From assembly GCA_963766325.1 (NCBI GenBank), contig CAVXZF010000001.1, forward strand, positions 113,447 through 177,446: DNA of 64,000 bases, read 5' to 3'. Below are positions 1-8,535 of this stretch, one piece after another. The stretch's first letter is position 1. Each line of letters starts with the position of its first letter. The position numbers and the translations under genes are program-made. The notes under the pieces are model-generated. The model did not search any database and was not told the DNA's origin. It was given only the letters and a program-made list of their open reading frames with translations. The DNA is from an uncultured Actinomycetota bacterium. Lineage in GTDB: Bacteria > Actinomycetota > Actinomycetes > Mycobacteriales > CADCTP01.

Positions 1-1698
1 GTTCGCGTTGACGAACCAGCCGGCCCGCGGGTTCACCAGCTGCGGCAGCTCCGCCGCCGGCAGGACCTGGTACGGCGACGCCTGGCCCGGCGCCGGGGAC
101 GTGTCCGGCAGCCACTCGTTCCCGCCCTGCCCGTTGCGGACCAGGTACGGCGGGTTGCCGGTCACCGTGCCGGCCTGCAGGTCCTCGCGCAGCGGCAGCT
201 CACCGCTGGCGAAGTACGCGATCGTGCCGCGGCGGTCGGCGTACGCCCAGTTCTGCGAGCCGACGTCGAAGCTGCGCAGGCCGCGCTTGAAGTCGGCCAG
301 GTCGCGGGCGTCCAGCCACTGCAGGAAGGCGTCCAGCTCCTGGGTGGGGGAGTAGCCGACGTACTGCACCGACAGCGCGGTGCCGCCGGCGGCGTCGAGT
401 TGCACGACCGGGCCGTTGTTGCGGCGCGGCACGATCAGCGTGGCCGGCGGGATCCCGTTGCCGGCCGGCACCGTGCCGACCGTGTCCGGCTGCCCGTCGC
501 CGACCCCGTTGGCGCGGAACGTCTCCGGCACCGCCAGCACCGGCTCCAGCTGTCCCTTGTAGACCGTCGCGAGCCCGCTCGGCGAGGTCGGGTCGGGCCG
601 CACCGCCTCCAGGTAGGTGTCGGTCACGTCCATCGGGTTGGTGGTGGAGCCCCAGGCGATCCACTTGTTCTGGCCCTGGGCGAAGCCGGGCACCCCGGCG
701 AAGCCCTCGCCGGCCGCGTCCAGCCCGGGCGCCCGCAGGTGCACCGGGTAGAAGATCGACGGGTTGGACAGGCCGAGGTGCGGGTCGTTGGCCAGGATCG
801 GCCGGCCGTCCTTGGTGTGCCGGCCGGAGACCACCCACTCGTTGGAGCCGGTGGCGTGCTCGCGGCGGTCCAGCACCTCCTTGAGCACCGGCACCTTCTC
901 GACCGCGGCGCGGTAGCGCGCCCCCAGCCGGGCCGCCGCCGCCAGCCGCGGCCGGTCGAGCGCCGCCACCCGGGACGCCCCGTCGCGGGGCGCCGTCCGG
1001 GTCGCGTCCGGCACCGTCGAGGCGGAGCTGAACGGCGCGTGCGCGACCAGGTCGGTGAGGTAGAGCGCGCGCCCGTCGATCCCGGCCGCGGCGCCGCCGG
1101 CCACGTACGCCTGCAGCTCCGCGCTGTTGTCCGAGTCCAGGTCGAAGGAGAGCTGGAACGAGATCAGCTTGCCGATCACGAGGGTGTCCACCGGCGTCCA
1201 CGGCGCGACCCGGGTCAGCTCCAGCGCGCCGTACTCCGGCGGCAGCGCCCCGCCGGCGGCCAGCTTGGCGTTGACCCCGGCCGCGTACGCCGTCACCGCG
1301 TCCCGCAGCCGAGCCGGCGCGGCCGCCCAGGACCGCTCGGCGGCCCGGCGCAGCCCGAGCGTGCGCAGCTGCACGTCGCTCGGCAGCGCGCCCGGGCCGA
1401 GCAGCTCGGCCAGCGTGCCGGACGCGGTCCGCCGCAGCTGGTCCATCTGGAACAGCCGGTCGGTGCCGTGCAGCCAGCCCTGGGCGAACCACAGGTCGGC
1501 GCGGTTCTCCGCGGTCAGGTGCGCCACCCCGTCGGTGGTGCGCACCAGCCGGACCGGCGCGCTCAGGCCGGACGCGGTGATCGTGGACGTCGCGCCGGCC
1601 GGTGCCGGGGCGCCGGCGGCCGGCAGCCCGGACAGCGGCAGCACGGCGGCGGCGGTGGCGACGGCAGCGGTGACGGCGAGCGCGCGGAGAGAGCGCAC
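1..1698 (-). CDS. Penicillin acylase (S45 Ntn-hydrolase) family protein; C-terminus runs off the left edge of the window
   Basis: My own reverse-strand translation. This frame is not in the ORF track because it has no stop inside the window. GTG at 1698 is preceded by GAGGAGG. There is a signal-like N-terminus (VRSLRALAVTAAVATAAAVLP). Family-typical blocks are WFAQGWLHGTDRLFQMD, TGSNEWVV (Ser nucleophile context) and GWFVNAN. G/C-ending codons dominate. Confidence 0.8.
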   Translation of the reverse strand, partial: MRSLRALAVTAAVATAAAVLPLSGLPAAGAPAPAGATSTITASGLSAPVRLVRTTDGVAHLTAENRADLWFAQGWLHGTDRLFQMDQLRRTASGTLAELLGPGALPSDVQLRTLGLRRAAERSWAAAPARLRDAVTAYAAGVNAKLAAGGALPPEYGALELTRVAPWTPVDTLVIGKLISFQLSFDLDSDNSAELQAYVAGGAAAGIDGRALYLTDLVAHAPFSSASTVPDATRTAPRDGASRVAALDRPRLAAAARLGARYRAAVEKVPVLKEVLDRREHATGSNEWVVSGRHTKDGRPILANDPHLGLSNPSIFYPVHLRAPGLDAAGEGFAGVPGFAQGQNKWIAWGSTTNPMDVTDTYLEAVRPDPTSPSGLATVYKGQLEPVLAVPETFRANGVGDGQPDTVGTVPAGNGIPPATLIVPRRNNGPVVQLDAAGGTALSVQYVGYSPTQELDAFLQWLDARDLADFKRGLRSFDVGSQNWAYADRRGTIAYFASGELPLREDLQAGTVTGNPPYLVRNGQGGNEWLPDTSPAPGQASPYQVLPAAELPQLVNPRAGWFVNAN

Positions 1699-1813
1699 CG
1701 GGCCTCCTCGTCGAGGCGGGGGTCGAGGTGGGACGAGGCGGAGCCTGGCACGTCGGGGCGCCGTTCGGGAAGTGTTCGCCGACCTCGTTGCGGGGAAGTT
1801 GGGGGTGTCGGGG

Positions 1814-3433
1814 TCAGCCGGTCAGGTCGGCCAGCGCGACGTCCTCGGCGCGGACGAACCCGATCCGGTCACCGAAGCCGACCGCGAGGTACGCCCCCGT
1901 CGGCGCCCGCACCGCGGTGGCGTCCAGCAGCACGTACGCCTGCCCGGCCCGCATCGGCTCGGGCAGCAGCGCGGGCTCCGGCCCGGCCACGCCGCCGTAG
2001 ACCGGCACCGCGTCGCGCCCCGGCGCCGGGGTGACCCGCTCGCCGTCGCCGGGCAGCGTCCGCCGGCCGTCCGGGTCGTGCAGCCAGGCCAGCCGGCCGC
2101 CGTACCAGACCGCGGTCCAGCCGCCCCGCCGCTCGGCCACCGCCAGCGACCGGCCGACCGCGGGCTGCCCCGGAAGCACCTCGGCACCGTCGGCCGGCTC
2201 GGCCCGCAGCTGCGCGCCCGGCGCGGCCACCGTCAGCACCCGGTCCGCCCGGTACGCCTCCGCCCGCAGCGGCGCCCCGGCCGCGGCCAGCACCTGGCCC
2301 CAGTCCCAGGCCGGGTCCAGCCGCAGCGGCGCGCCGGCGACCTCGCCGCCGCCGAGCACGTGCGCCCGGTCCAGCGTGAGCCCCTGCCCGGCCAGCCAGC
2401 GCAGCAGCAGGCCCACCGACCGGTACGCCGCCGGGGTCGGCCCGCCCGGACCGGCCTCGACCGCGATGCCGACCGAGCCGGCGTTGTGGGTCGGCCCGGC
2501 GTGCCAGGCGATGTCCTCCAGCCGGACGGTCTGGGTGACCGCGCCGTCGCGGGCCCGGACGACGTAGTGCGGGCTCCAGCGCGAGCTGGCCCGCTGCGCG
2601 GTCGCGATGGTCGCGGTGTAGCCGGCCGGGGTGTCGGTGACGACCACGGTGCGGGTGGCCGCGGCCGGCGTCCGCTCGGCCGGCGCGTAGCCCGCGGTCG
2701 GCGCGAAGCGGCAGGACAGCTCAGCCGGGCACTGCTCGGCGGTGGCGCCGGCGGTGGCGGGGCCGCGGCCGGTGCCCGGCGCGGCCGGCAGCACCGCGTC
2801 CCGGCGGGCCGGCAGCGAGAAGCGCTGGGAGCTGACCACGGCCGGGGCCGCGCCCGCGCGCAGCAGCGCGAAGACGTCGTCGGCGAAGGCCCGGCCGGTC
2901 ATCGCGTCGCCGGTGCCGAAGCGGGCGACCGCGCCGTACCAGCCCGCCAGGGTGCGGGGGAGCGGGCCGCCGGTCGCCTCCTGCGCGTACCGGCGCAGCA
3001 GCGCGGCGGCGCCGCGGGCGTTGTCCGCGGGGGCGTCCCGGACCCGGTCGACCGGGCGGCGCAGCAGCGCGGCCGCCTCGGCCAGCATCCCGGACGCCGG
3101 GTCGGCCGCCGCCCCGGTGCCGCCGGAGCCGGTGCCGCGGCCGTCGAGCGCGGACGGCCCGTCGGTGAGCCGGAACAGCCCGTGCCCGCCCGCCAGGGCC
3201 GGCTCGACGGCGACACCCCAGCCGGTCAGCTGCCCGGCGAGTGCGACCAGCAGCGGGGCCGGCACGCCGAACTCGGCCGCGGCCGCCTCGATCTCCTGCT
3301 GCCGGTCGCCCGACACCGCCGGCACCCCGGCCCGCTCGGCCGGCCGCGCGCCGGCTGTGGCGACCGCCACACCGAGCGTCCCGACGACCCCGACCCCGAC
3401 CAGCGCGACCGCCCGCCGCACCGCCCTGCGCAC
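1814..3433 (-). CDS. Secreted or membrane-anchored cell-wall hydrolase: N-acetylmuramoyl-L-alanine amidase (amidase_2/PGRP-like) with an SH3-like C-terminal region
   Basis: C-terminal 540 aa of track ORF 1814..4336. The internal GTG at 3433 is preceded by AGGAGG. A hydrophobic N-terminal helix (AVALVGVGVVGTLGVAVA) is present. The amidase_2-like block is HYVVRARDGAVTQTVRLEDIAWHAG...GIAVE. The upstream part of the long ORF is Arg/Pro/Gly junk. Confidence 0.7.
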   Translation of the reverse strand: MRRAVRRAVALVGVGVVGTLGVAVATAGARPAERAGVPAVSGDRQQEIEAAAAEFGVPAPLLVALAGQLTGWGVAVEPALAGGHGLFRLTDGPSALDGRGTGSGGTGAAADPASGMLAEAAALLRRPVDRVRDAPADNARGAAALLRRYAQEATGGPLPRTLAGWYGAVARFGTGDAMTGRAFADDVFALLRAGAAPAVVSSQRFSLPARRDAVLPAAPGTGRGPATAGATAEQCPAELSCRFAPTAGYAPAERTPAAATRTVVVTDTPAGYTATIATAQRASSRWSPHYVVRARDGAVTQTVRLEDIAWHAGPTHNAGSVGIAVEAGPGGPTPAAYRSVGLLLRWLAGQGLTLDRAHVLGGGEVAGAPLRLDPAWDWGQVLAAAGAPLRAEAYRADRVLTVAAPGAQLRAEPADGAEVLPGQPAVGRSLAVAERRGGWTAVWYGGRLAWLHDPDGRRTLPGDGERVTPAPGRDAVPVYGGVAGPEPALLPEPMRAGQAYVLLDATAVRAPTGAYLAVGFGDRIGFVRAEDVALADLTG

Positions 3434-3546
3434 CGAAATGCCTCCTGATGTTCCCCGTGAACCCGCGGAAGCGTCGTCAATTCGCGGCCCGTGCGCAAGT
3501 CCCCAGGCCGGTGATCTCTGTCGGACTGCCGGTGGTCTCCGTCGGA

Positions 3547-4371
3547 CTACGGCAGGGCGGGTGGCAGCACCGAGCCGGTGCCGGGGGCGGTGCCGTCCAT
3601 CCCGTCGTCCAGGTCGTCGCCGTCGTCGCCGGGCTCGGCGGCCGGCGACTCGGTCGTCGGCTCCGCCGACGGGGTGGTCGGCGCGGGCTCCGCCGGGGTG
3701 GTCGTCGTCTCGGTCGTCGGCGCCGCCGACGGGGTGGTCGGCGATGGCTGCGCCGGCGCCGGCAGGCTCGGCGTCCGGGTGGCGGTCGGCGCGATCGACC
3801 CAGCGGTGGTGGCCGCCGGCGGGGTGCCGCTCGGGGTGGCGGTCAGCGTGACCGTGCGCACCTGCGGCTGGCCGTCCGGGCCTATGACCACGCTGGTCGT
3901 GACCACCGGGCCGGGCGGGCCGGCGGTGCGCGGGGGCGCGGTCGGCGCCACCACCGGCTCGTCCCGGAGCGCGCCGCCCTGGTCCCGGGTCAGCCCGAGG
4001 GTCACCCCGGCGACGACGGCCAGGCAGGCGGCGGCGGTGAGCGCGGCCGGCGCCCAGCGGCGGGTGGCCGCCGGTGGCGGCCGGCCGACCCCGGCGTCGA
4101 GCTCGGCGTGCTGGTCGTCGATGGCGACGTGGCCGAGCTCGTGCTCGATGACGGCCGCGACCTCGCGCTCGGACAGCGAACGGTTGACCAGGACCGTCCG
4201 CTCCTCGGGCACCCACAGCCCGTCGGCACCGTCGAGGTCGGCGAAGCAGATGGTGACCCCGCGGTCGGCGGCCTGTCTCAGCAGAGACGGATCGACCACG
4301 GAACCCCCGGAGGCGGTCAGGGCGGGCAGCGAGCACGCCTGGGCCAGCGTGCCTGACCTACGAAACCACAC
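3547..4371 (-). CDS. ImmA/IrrE-like zinc metallopeptidase domain, one TM helix and a Pro/Thr-rich tail
   Basis: HEXXH motif (IEHELGHVAID) in a short N-terminal domain, then a predicted TM helix (WAPAALTAAACLAVVAGVTLGL), then a PT-rich low-complexity tail. It lies 38 bp downstream of an XRE gene on the same strand. The start is uncertain: GTG at 4371, or a later GTG near 4300. Confidence 0.55.
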   Translation of the reverse strand: MWFRRSGTLAQACSLPALTASGGSVVDPSLLRQAADRGVTICFADLDGADGLWVPEERTVLVNRSLSEREVAAVIEHELGHVAIDDQHAELDAGVGRPPPAATRRWAPAALTAAACLAVVAGVTLGLTRDQGGALRDEPVVAPTAPPRTAGPPGPVVTTSVVIGPDGQPQVRTVTLTATPSGTPPAATTAGSIAPTATRTPSLPAPAQPSPTTPSAAPTTETTTTPAEPAPTTPSAEPTTESPAAEPGDDGDDLDDGMDGTAPGTGSVLPPALP

Positions 4372-4408
4372 CGGGGGCCGGCACCCAAGCCCCTTCGCGC
4401 AGTCCTGG

Positions 4409-4911
4409 TCAGCGGCGGGGGTCGTCCGGGTCGTCGAGGAAGACGACCGGGCGTCCGGATCGGGCCGCCTCCTCGCGGGCCAGCCGGGCCTGCTCGCGCA
4501 CCCGCGCCTGCTGCTCGCGGCTGAGCTTGGCCCCGCCGTACGCCGCGTAGCGGAGCGGCTCGGCCGGCTCGGCGGCCGCCGGCTCCTCGCCGGCGCGGGC
4601 GCCATTTTGCGCGCGGAGGAACTTGGCGAAGCCCTCGAGCTGGCGCACCTGGTCGCCGGTCAGGCCGTCGGTGGACAGGCCGACCAGCAGCGGGGCCGGC
4701 GGCTCGGGGGCGTCCTGGAGCTCGGCCTCCTCCAGGCTGAGGTAGCCGGCGGCGACCATCAGCTCGAGCATCGGCACCCCGAGCACGGGGCGGACGCGGC
4801 GCAGGTTGGGCACGTCGGGCTGGTTGAGCCCGCGCAGCCAGCGGGACACCATCGACTCGGCGAGGCCGCTGCGGCGGGCCAGCTCGGCCTGCGTCAGCCC
4901 GGCGCTGCGCA
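4409..4911 (-). CDS. XRE-family helix-turn-helix transcriptional regulator
   Basis: HTH_3-like block MRSAGLTQAELARRSGLAESMVSRWLRG. ATG at 4911 follows GGAG with a 6-nt spacer. The frame stays open upstream with no canonical start (ATC 4975, CTG 4999), so the N-terminus is uncertain. Confidence 0.65.
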
Positions 4912-5330
4912 TGGCCGACTCCAGGTAGGCGGCCCAGTCCCGGCCTGGAGCACGGTTGCGGATGCTGCGGACGATGACTCGGCTCTCCCTTGTTGCCAGC
5001 CGCTGCTCGGCTGGTCCCTCGCTCCCGCCGCGCGGCGGCGGGAACCCCGACGTGGCACCCCGTCGTACCGGCCCCCATTGTGGCGCGAATTGCTTGCGCG
5101 CGCACCCCCCCAGCGCTAATCTTCCATGCGTGCAAGCAAGGTAGCCGACAGGCTGCCGCCCGGCCCGCAGGATGCGACCACCCTCGGGCCAGGCGGCGCC
5201 GGCGGGCCGGCCTCCCGCACCGACACGGCTGACGAGCTGTGGGGAGGCCAGACCGCCGGCGCCATGCTCCTCGGGCTCTGAGGGGAAGCTCGAGTAGCAC
5301 ACGAGGACCGCCCCCGCCCTCTCGGCATCC

Positions 5331-6215
5331 GTGACCTCCGAGTGGGTGGGGGCGGTCGTGTGCGTACGGTCCCCGGCGCGCTGGTTCACTGGTCGGGTGA
5401 CCAGCGCCGACGCCGACCCCGGGACCGGGGCCGCCCCGGAGCCCGAGCTCTTCCGCCCGGTCGACCTGCTGCGCCGGCCGGTGCTGCGCGCCGAGGTGCT
5501 GCTCGTGCTCGGCGTCTCGGTCGGCGCGTCCGCGCTCTATGCCGCGCTCTCCCTGCTGCGGCGGCTGCTCGCCCCGGAGCCGCTGTCGCAGAGCCAGGCC
5601 ACCCTCAACAGCTCGTACGCGCCGGACCAGCCCTGGCTCGACCTCGCCTTCCAGCTGGCCGGCATCGGCCTCGGGGTGGTGCCGGCGTTGCTGGCCGTGC
5701 ACCTGCTCACCCGCGACGGCGTGCCGGCCCGGGCGATCGGGCTGGACACCCGCCGGCCGGGCGGCGACCTCGCCCAGGGCGCGGCGCTGGCCGCCGTGGT
5801 CGGCGTGCCGGGCCTGGTGCTCTACCTGGTCGCCCACCAGCTCGGCGCCTCGGCGACGATCGTGCCGTCGGCGCTGCCGGACGTGTGGTGGCGGGTGCCG
5901 GTGCTGGTGCTCTCCGCGCTGACGAACGCGACCCTGGAAGAGGTCGTGGTCGTCGGCTACCTGCTCACCCGGCTGCGCCAGCTCGGCTGGCGGCCGCTGC
6001 CGGCGGTCGGCGCGTCGGCCCTGCTGCGCGGGGCGTACCACCTCTACCAGGGCTTCGGCGGGTTCGTCGGCAACGCGGTGATGGGCCTGCTGTTCGGCTG
6101 GCTCTTCCTGCGCACCCGGCGGGTGATGCCGCTGGTGATCGCGCACACCCTGCTGGACGTGGTCGCCTTCGTCGGCTACACCGCCCTGCAGGGCCGGGTG
6201 TCCTGGCTGCCCTGA
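5331..6215 (+). CDS. CPBP-family (CAAX-type) intramembrane glutamic endopeptidase
   Basis: Multi-TM protein with an EEVVVVGYLLTR (EExxxR-like) motif, a HLYQG...FVGNAVMGLLFGWLF block and a HTLLD motif. The start codon is uncertain; internal GTGs exist. Confidence 0.8.
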   Translation: MTSEWVGAVVCVRSPARWFTGRVTSADADPGTGAAPEPELFRPVDLLRRPVLRAEVLLVLGVSVGASALYAALSLLRRLLAPEPLSQSQATLNSSYAPDQPWLDLAFQLAGIGLGVVPALLAVHLLTRDGVPARAIGLDTRRPGGDLAQGAALAAVVGVPGLVLYLVAHQLGASATIVPSALPDVWWRVPVLVLSALTNATLEEVVVVGYLLTRLRQLGWRPLPAVGASALLRGAYHLYQGFGGFVGNAVMGLLFGWLFLRTRRVMPLVIAHTLLDVVAFVGYTALQGRVSWLP

Positions 6216-6218
6216 GCC

Positions 6219-6290
6219 CTAGGGTGTGTCTGCCGGACATCTGGCGCGGCCGTCGCCCGCATCCACCGACATCCGGCAGACACACCCTAG
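6219..6290. terminator. Perfect 19-bp inverted repeat (CTAGGGTGTGTCTGCCGGA / TCCGGCAGACACACCCTAG) with a 34-nt loop between convergent genes; probable bidirectional hairpin terminator
   Basis: Read directly from the sequence. The arms are 6219-6237 and 6272-6290. The right arm contains the stop codon (CTA at 6287-6289) of the minus-strand LysR gene. Confidence 0.6.
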
Positions 6291-8383
6291 TCCTCGCGGG
6301 GCTCGGCGTGCCGGCCGCGGCGTACGCCGTCGCGGTAGCTGGACAGCCGGCCCCGGACGTCCTGCGGCGAGCGGGTGGCGGCCCCGTTGGGCCTGCTGCC
6401 CGGCTCGCCGGCCTCGCCGCCGACGGTGCCGGGCACGTAGAGCGCCTGCGGGCGGCGCCGGGGCAGCCCGGCCGTGGTGGTGCCGGCGGTGGCCGGCTCG
6501 GCCAGCCGGGCCGCGGCCCGCCAGCCGTCGTCCGCGGGGGTCTGCCAGGACGGGGCCGGCGCGTTCTCGTCCGGCTGGGTGAACCACTCCGACTGCAGGT
6601 CCTCGAAGATCGACAGCCGCACGTCCTCGGTGCTGCCGGCCGGCGCGGGCGGCAGCGAGTCCGGACCGTCGTCGCGGCCGCGGCGCGTCGTGCCGGCGCG
6701 GTCGGCGTACGAGCCCGGGGCCGGCCGGCGGGCCGGGGGAGCGGGCGGGGTCGGCCGGCGGCCGGGCAGGTCGCCCGCCGACAGCGAGCGCACCCCGAGG
6801 TCCGGCGAGGTCGGGATCGGCGGCGGGGCCGGCTCGGCGGCCGCGCGGCCCGGCAGCCCGGGCGGTGGCAGCGGGCTGTTGTCGCGGCGGCGGCGCGGCG
6901 GCTCCCGGTCGGGGTCGAGCTCCCGGCCCGGCCCGCCGGCGGCGGGCCGGCCGTTGCGCGGGGCCTCGCCTCGGGCCGGCTCCGCGGTGCCGTAGCCGGC
7001 GGCCGGCTCGGACCGGTACGGGTCCGGGCGCGGCGGCTCCGGACGCGCCTCGGGCCGCGGCGGGTCGGCGCGATACGCCTCGGCGCGGAACGCGTCCAGC
7101 CCCGCCGCGGTGTCACTCCGCAGCGGGTCGGGACCCGGCGCCGCGCTCCCGGCCCGGTACGGCTCCCGGCCGCCCCCGGCGCGGAAGGCGTCAAGGCCCG
7201 GGGAGCCGGTGCCGTTGGTGTAGCCGTTGGTCGCCGGCTCCGCCGCGGGCCGGGTGCCGGGCGCGTCCCCGGCCCTGCTGTCCGCCCACGGGTCGGCGGC
7301 CCGCCCCCGCGGGCGGGGCACCTCGGTGCCGCGGTCACCGGGGGGCAGCGGGTCGAAGAGCGGGTCCGGCCGGCGCTCGGCCGGTCCGCGCGACCCATAC
7401 GGCTCGCGGCTGCCCGGCACCGGCGGCGCGACCGGCGGGGTCGCGATCGGCGGCGGGGTCGGCGCGGCCGAGGCGGTCACCCCGGAGACGGCGGCGGCGA
7501 CCCGCCGGGCCGCCTGGCCCAGCGCGTCCAGGAGCCGCACCACGGCCGGGTCCGCGGCGGCGGACCGGCGCACCACCGCGATCACGGTCCGGCGCAGGCC
7601 GGCGTCGACCGCCGTCAGGAACCGCACCCCGTCCACCGGCACCGGCACCGAGCTGGCCGGCACCAGCGCCACCCCGACCCCGGCCGCGACCAGCGCGAGC
7701 GCCAGCCCGTCCTCGGCGGCGTGGCCGACCAGCCGCGGCTCGAAGCCGGCGGTGGCCGCGACCCGTTCCAGCGCGGTGAGCGCGTCGCCGCCGACCGGCC
7801 CGCCGACCCAGCGCTCGTCGGCCAGCTCGGCCAGCCGGACGCTGGCGCCGGTGAGCCGGTGCCGGGCCGGCACCGCGACCAGCAGCGGCTCGGTGAGCAG
7901 CTCCCGCCGCTGCACGTCGTCCTCGGTGCGCCGCGGCACCGCGGCGGCGAACTCGCCGACCACGGCCACGTCCAGCCGCTCGGTGCCGAGCGCGCCGGCC
8001 CGCTCGTCGGCCAGCTGCTGCACCCGCAGGTCGAGGTCGGGGGCGGCGGCGCGCAGGGTGGCCAGCGCGTCCGGCAGCAGCGCGCGGCCGGCGGCGGCGC
8101 CGATGCCCAGCCGCAGCACCCCGGCGGCCCGGCCGGCCACCGCGGCGGCGTCGGACTCGGCCGCCTCCAGCTGCGCCAGCAGCCGCCCCGCGTGCCCGGC
8201 CAGCCGGCGGCCGGCCGGGGTGAGCCGGTCGCCCTCGGCCAGGGTCAGGCCCAGCTCACGCTCGAGCGCGGACAGCTGCGCGGCGGCGTCCGGCGGCGCC
8301 GTCCCCAGCGCCCGCGCGGCCGCGGGCAGCTCCCCGTGCTCGGAGACCGCCAGCAGAACGCGGAGTCGACCCACATCGAGCAT
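6287..8383 (-). CDS. LysR-family transcriptional regulator fused to a roughly 400-aa Pro/Arg/Ala-rich disordered C-terminal extension
   Basis: ATG at 8383 gives MLDVGRLRVLLAVSEHGELPAAARALG (LysR wHTH). A LysR substrate-binding-like region follows (LRLGIG..., VGFEPRLVGHAAEDGLALALVAAGVGVALVP). The low-complexity tail ends with ...GLPRRRPQALYVPG...RSPQDVRGRLSSYRDGVRRGR. Confidence 0.8.
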   Translation of the reverse strand: MLDVGRLRVLLAVSEHGELPAAARALGTAPPDAAAQLSALERELGLTLAEGDRLTPAGRRLAGHAGRLLAQLEAAESDAAAVAGRAAGVLRLGIGAAAGRALLPDALATLRAAAPDLDLRVQQLADERAGALGTERLDVAVVGEFAAAVPRRTEDDVQRRELLTEPLLVAVPARHRLTGASVRLAELADERWVGGPVGGDALTALERVAATAGFEPRLVGHAAEDGLALALVAAGVGVALVPASSVPVPVDGVRFLTAVDAGLRRTVIAVVRRSAAADPAVVRLLDALGQAARRVAAAVSGVTASAAPTPPPIATPPVAPPVPGSREPYGSRGPAERRPDPLFDPLPPGDRGTEVPRPRGRAADPWADSRAGDAPGTRPAAEPATNGYTNGTGSPGLDAFRAGGGREPYRAGSAAPGPDPLRSDTAAGLDAFRAEAYRADPPRPEARPEPPRPDPYRSEPAAGYGTAEPARGEAPRNGRPAAGGPGRELDPDREPPRRRRDNSPLPPPGLPGRAAAEPAPPPIPTSPDLGVRSLSAGDLPGRRPTPPAPPARRPAPGSYADRAGTTRRGRDDGPDSLPPAPAGSTEDVRLSIFEDLQSEWFTQPDENAPAPSWQTPADDGWRAAARLAEPATAGTTTAGLPRRRPQALYVPGTVGGEAGEPGSRPNGAATRSPQDVRGRLSSYRDGVRRGRHAEPRED

Positions 8384-8535
8384 GGGAGGCAGGCTAACGG
8401 CCCGGAGCGGAGCAGTGCCCACCTGTACCGGGCCGAATGTGCCGATCCACGCGCGATCTGCGTCGAAGATCACGTACGGTCGGGGAACCGCTCCGCTGAG
8501 TCCCCAAATACTGTGACCATGCTCACAACACGATG

